A DNA stretch of 64,000 nucleotides. It comes from Octopus bimaculoides (Eukaryota). The notes under the pieces were generated by a model that saw nothing but the letters and a program-made list of their open reading frames with translations, was not told the DNA's origin and did not search any database. The stretch spans positions 6,030,519 through 6,094,518 of the forward strand of contig NC_068998.1 of the NCBI RefSeq assembly GCF_001194135.2, in the 5' to 3' direction. A program made the position numbers and the translations under genes. Positions within the stretch are counted from its first letter, which is position 1. Each line of letters starts with the position of its first letter. Of this stretch, positions 62,931 through 64,000 are shown in pieces.

Positions 62931-63599
62931 AACAGTAGGATGTATTTTGAGGAAGAACTGCTTGNNNNNNNNNNNNNNNNNNNNNNNNNNNNNNNNNNNN
63001 NNNNNNNNNNNNNNNNNNNNNNNNNNNNNNNNNNNNNNNNNNNNNNNNNNNNNNNNNNNNNNNNNNNNNNNNNNNNNNNNNNNNNNNNNNNNNNNNNNNN
63101 NNNNNNNNNNNNNNNNNNNNNNNNNNNNNNNNNNNNNNNNNNNNNNNNNNNNNNNNNNNNNNNNNNNNNNNNNNNNNNNNNNNNNNNNNNNNNNNNNNNN
63201 NNNNNNNNNNNNNNNNNNNNNNNNNNNNNNNNNNNNNNNNNNNNNNNNNNNNNNNNNNNNNNNNNNNNNNNNNNNNNNNNNNNNNNNNNNNNNNNNNNNN
63301 NNNNNNNNNNNNNNNNNNNNNNNNNNNNNNNNNNNNNNNNNNNNNNNNNNNNNNNNNNNNNNNNNNNNNNNNNNNNNNNNNNNNNNNNNNNNNNNNNNNN
63401 NNNNNNNNNNNNNNNNNNNNNNNNNNNNNNNNNNNNNNNNNNNNNNNNNNNNNNNNNNNNNNNNNNNNNNNNNNNNNNNNNNNNNNNNNNNNNNNNNNNN
63501 NNNNATGATGCGTATTTCTGAAATGCTTTCCTTTTTATTACAGAACTACCCAACAGAATTACAAAATATTACTTCATTCTTTACCCAATGATAACTTGG

Positions 63600-64000
63600 A
63601 TAATAATAATTCTAATTTTTGGCACAAGGCCAGTAATTTCAGGTGGAGTCAGGCAAGTTGGTTACTTCAACTCCAGTATGTAAACAGTACTTTATTTATC
63701 AATCCCCAAAAAGATGACGGCAAAGTCAACCTTGGCAGGCAAAACACCACTTCACATTTTGTCTGACTCACTCACAACTCTACCAGCTCACCACCGCAAA
63801 TAATAACAATAATCCTGTTTTATTATAAGCACAAGGCCTAAAATTTTGGGGTGTGGCTAGTCCATTACATTGACCCCCAGTTTTCAACTGGTATTTATTT
63901 CATCAACCCTGAAATGATGAAAGGCAGAGTTGATCTTGGTGGAATTTGAACTCAGAGCATGAAGATGGACAAAGTGCCACTAAACATTTTGTCAGGTCTA
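63600..64000 (-). mobile_element. Two tandem family A SINEs on the minus strand
   Basis: GGCACAAGGCCAG...GGCAAAGTCAACC and GCACAAGGCC...GATGAAAGGCAGAGTTGA...GGAATTTGAACTCAGA are reverse complements of the family A core. Confidence 0.85.

Noticed and set aside
3621-63591. Many long ORFs in the track (poly-X, poly-I/Y/N, SL, HT, CV repeats)
   Set aside because: Artefacts of N gaps and microsatellites.
1-64000. tRNA genes, CRISPR arrays, prokaryote-type systems
   Set aside because: tRNA-like boxes occur only as decayed SINE heads. The 48-bp array has no spacers. Nothing prokaryotic was seen.

Overview
Metazoan genomic DNA, AT-rich and microsatellite-dense, with 14 assembly gaps (~4.5 kb of N). 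The SINE/MITE repertoire resembles an octopus (cephalopod) genome; this is inferred from recalled repeat families, not searched. One protein-coding gene is supported: a WAVE/SCAR (WASF family) actin nucleation-promoting factor on the + strand. Four coding exons join in frame through canonical splice sites: 15774-15927, 19555-19678, 49853-51038 and 51695-51882 (~550 aa in window). They encode the C-terminal half of the WAVE homology domain, the basic region, the Pro-rich region and WH2-Central-Acidic. The first ~90 aa were not found and lie upstream or in a gap. The rest is intron, 3' UTR or intergenic sequence filled with tRNA-derived SINEs (including head-to-tail arrays), TTAA-flanked piggyBac-type MITEs, a deleted mariner, CR1 and RTE LINE remnants, a 48-bp minisatellite and simple repeats. 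Nearly all other ORFs in the track are microsatellite or gap artefacts. I found no clearly new biological system. Best leads: a 15-nt in-frame microexon candidate inside the 30-kb intron, an ambiguous GT/GC donor that changes the WH2 linker, a divergent meander and C-helix, a 57-bp near-perfect hairpin, and SINE arrays that appear to grow by insertion into their own (ATT)n tails.
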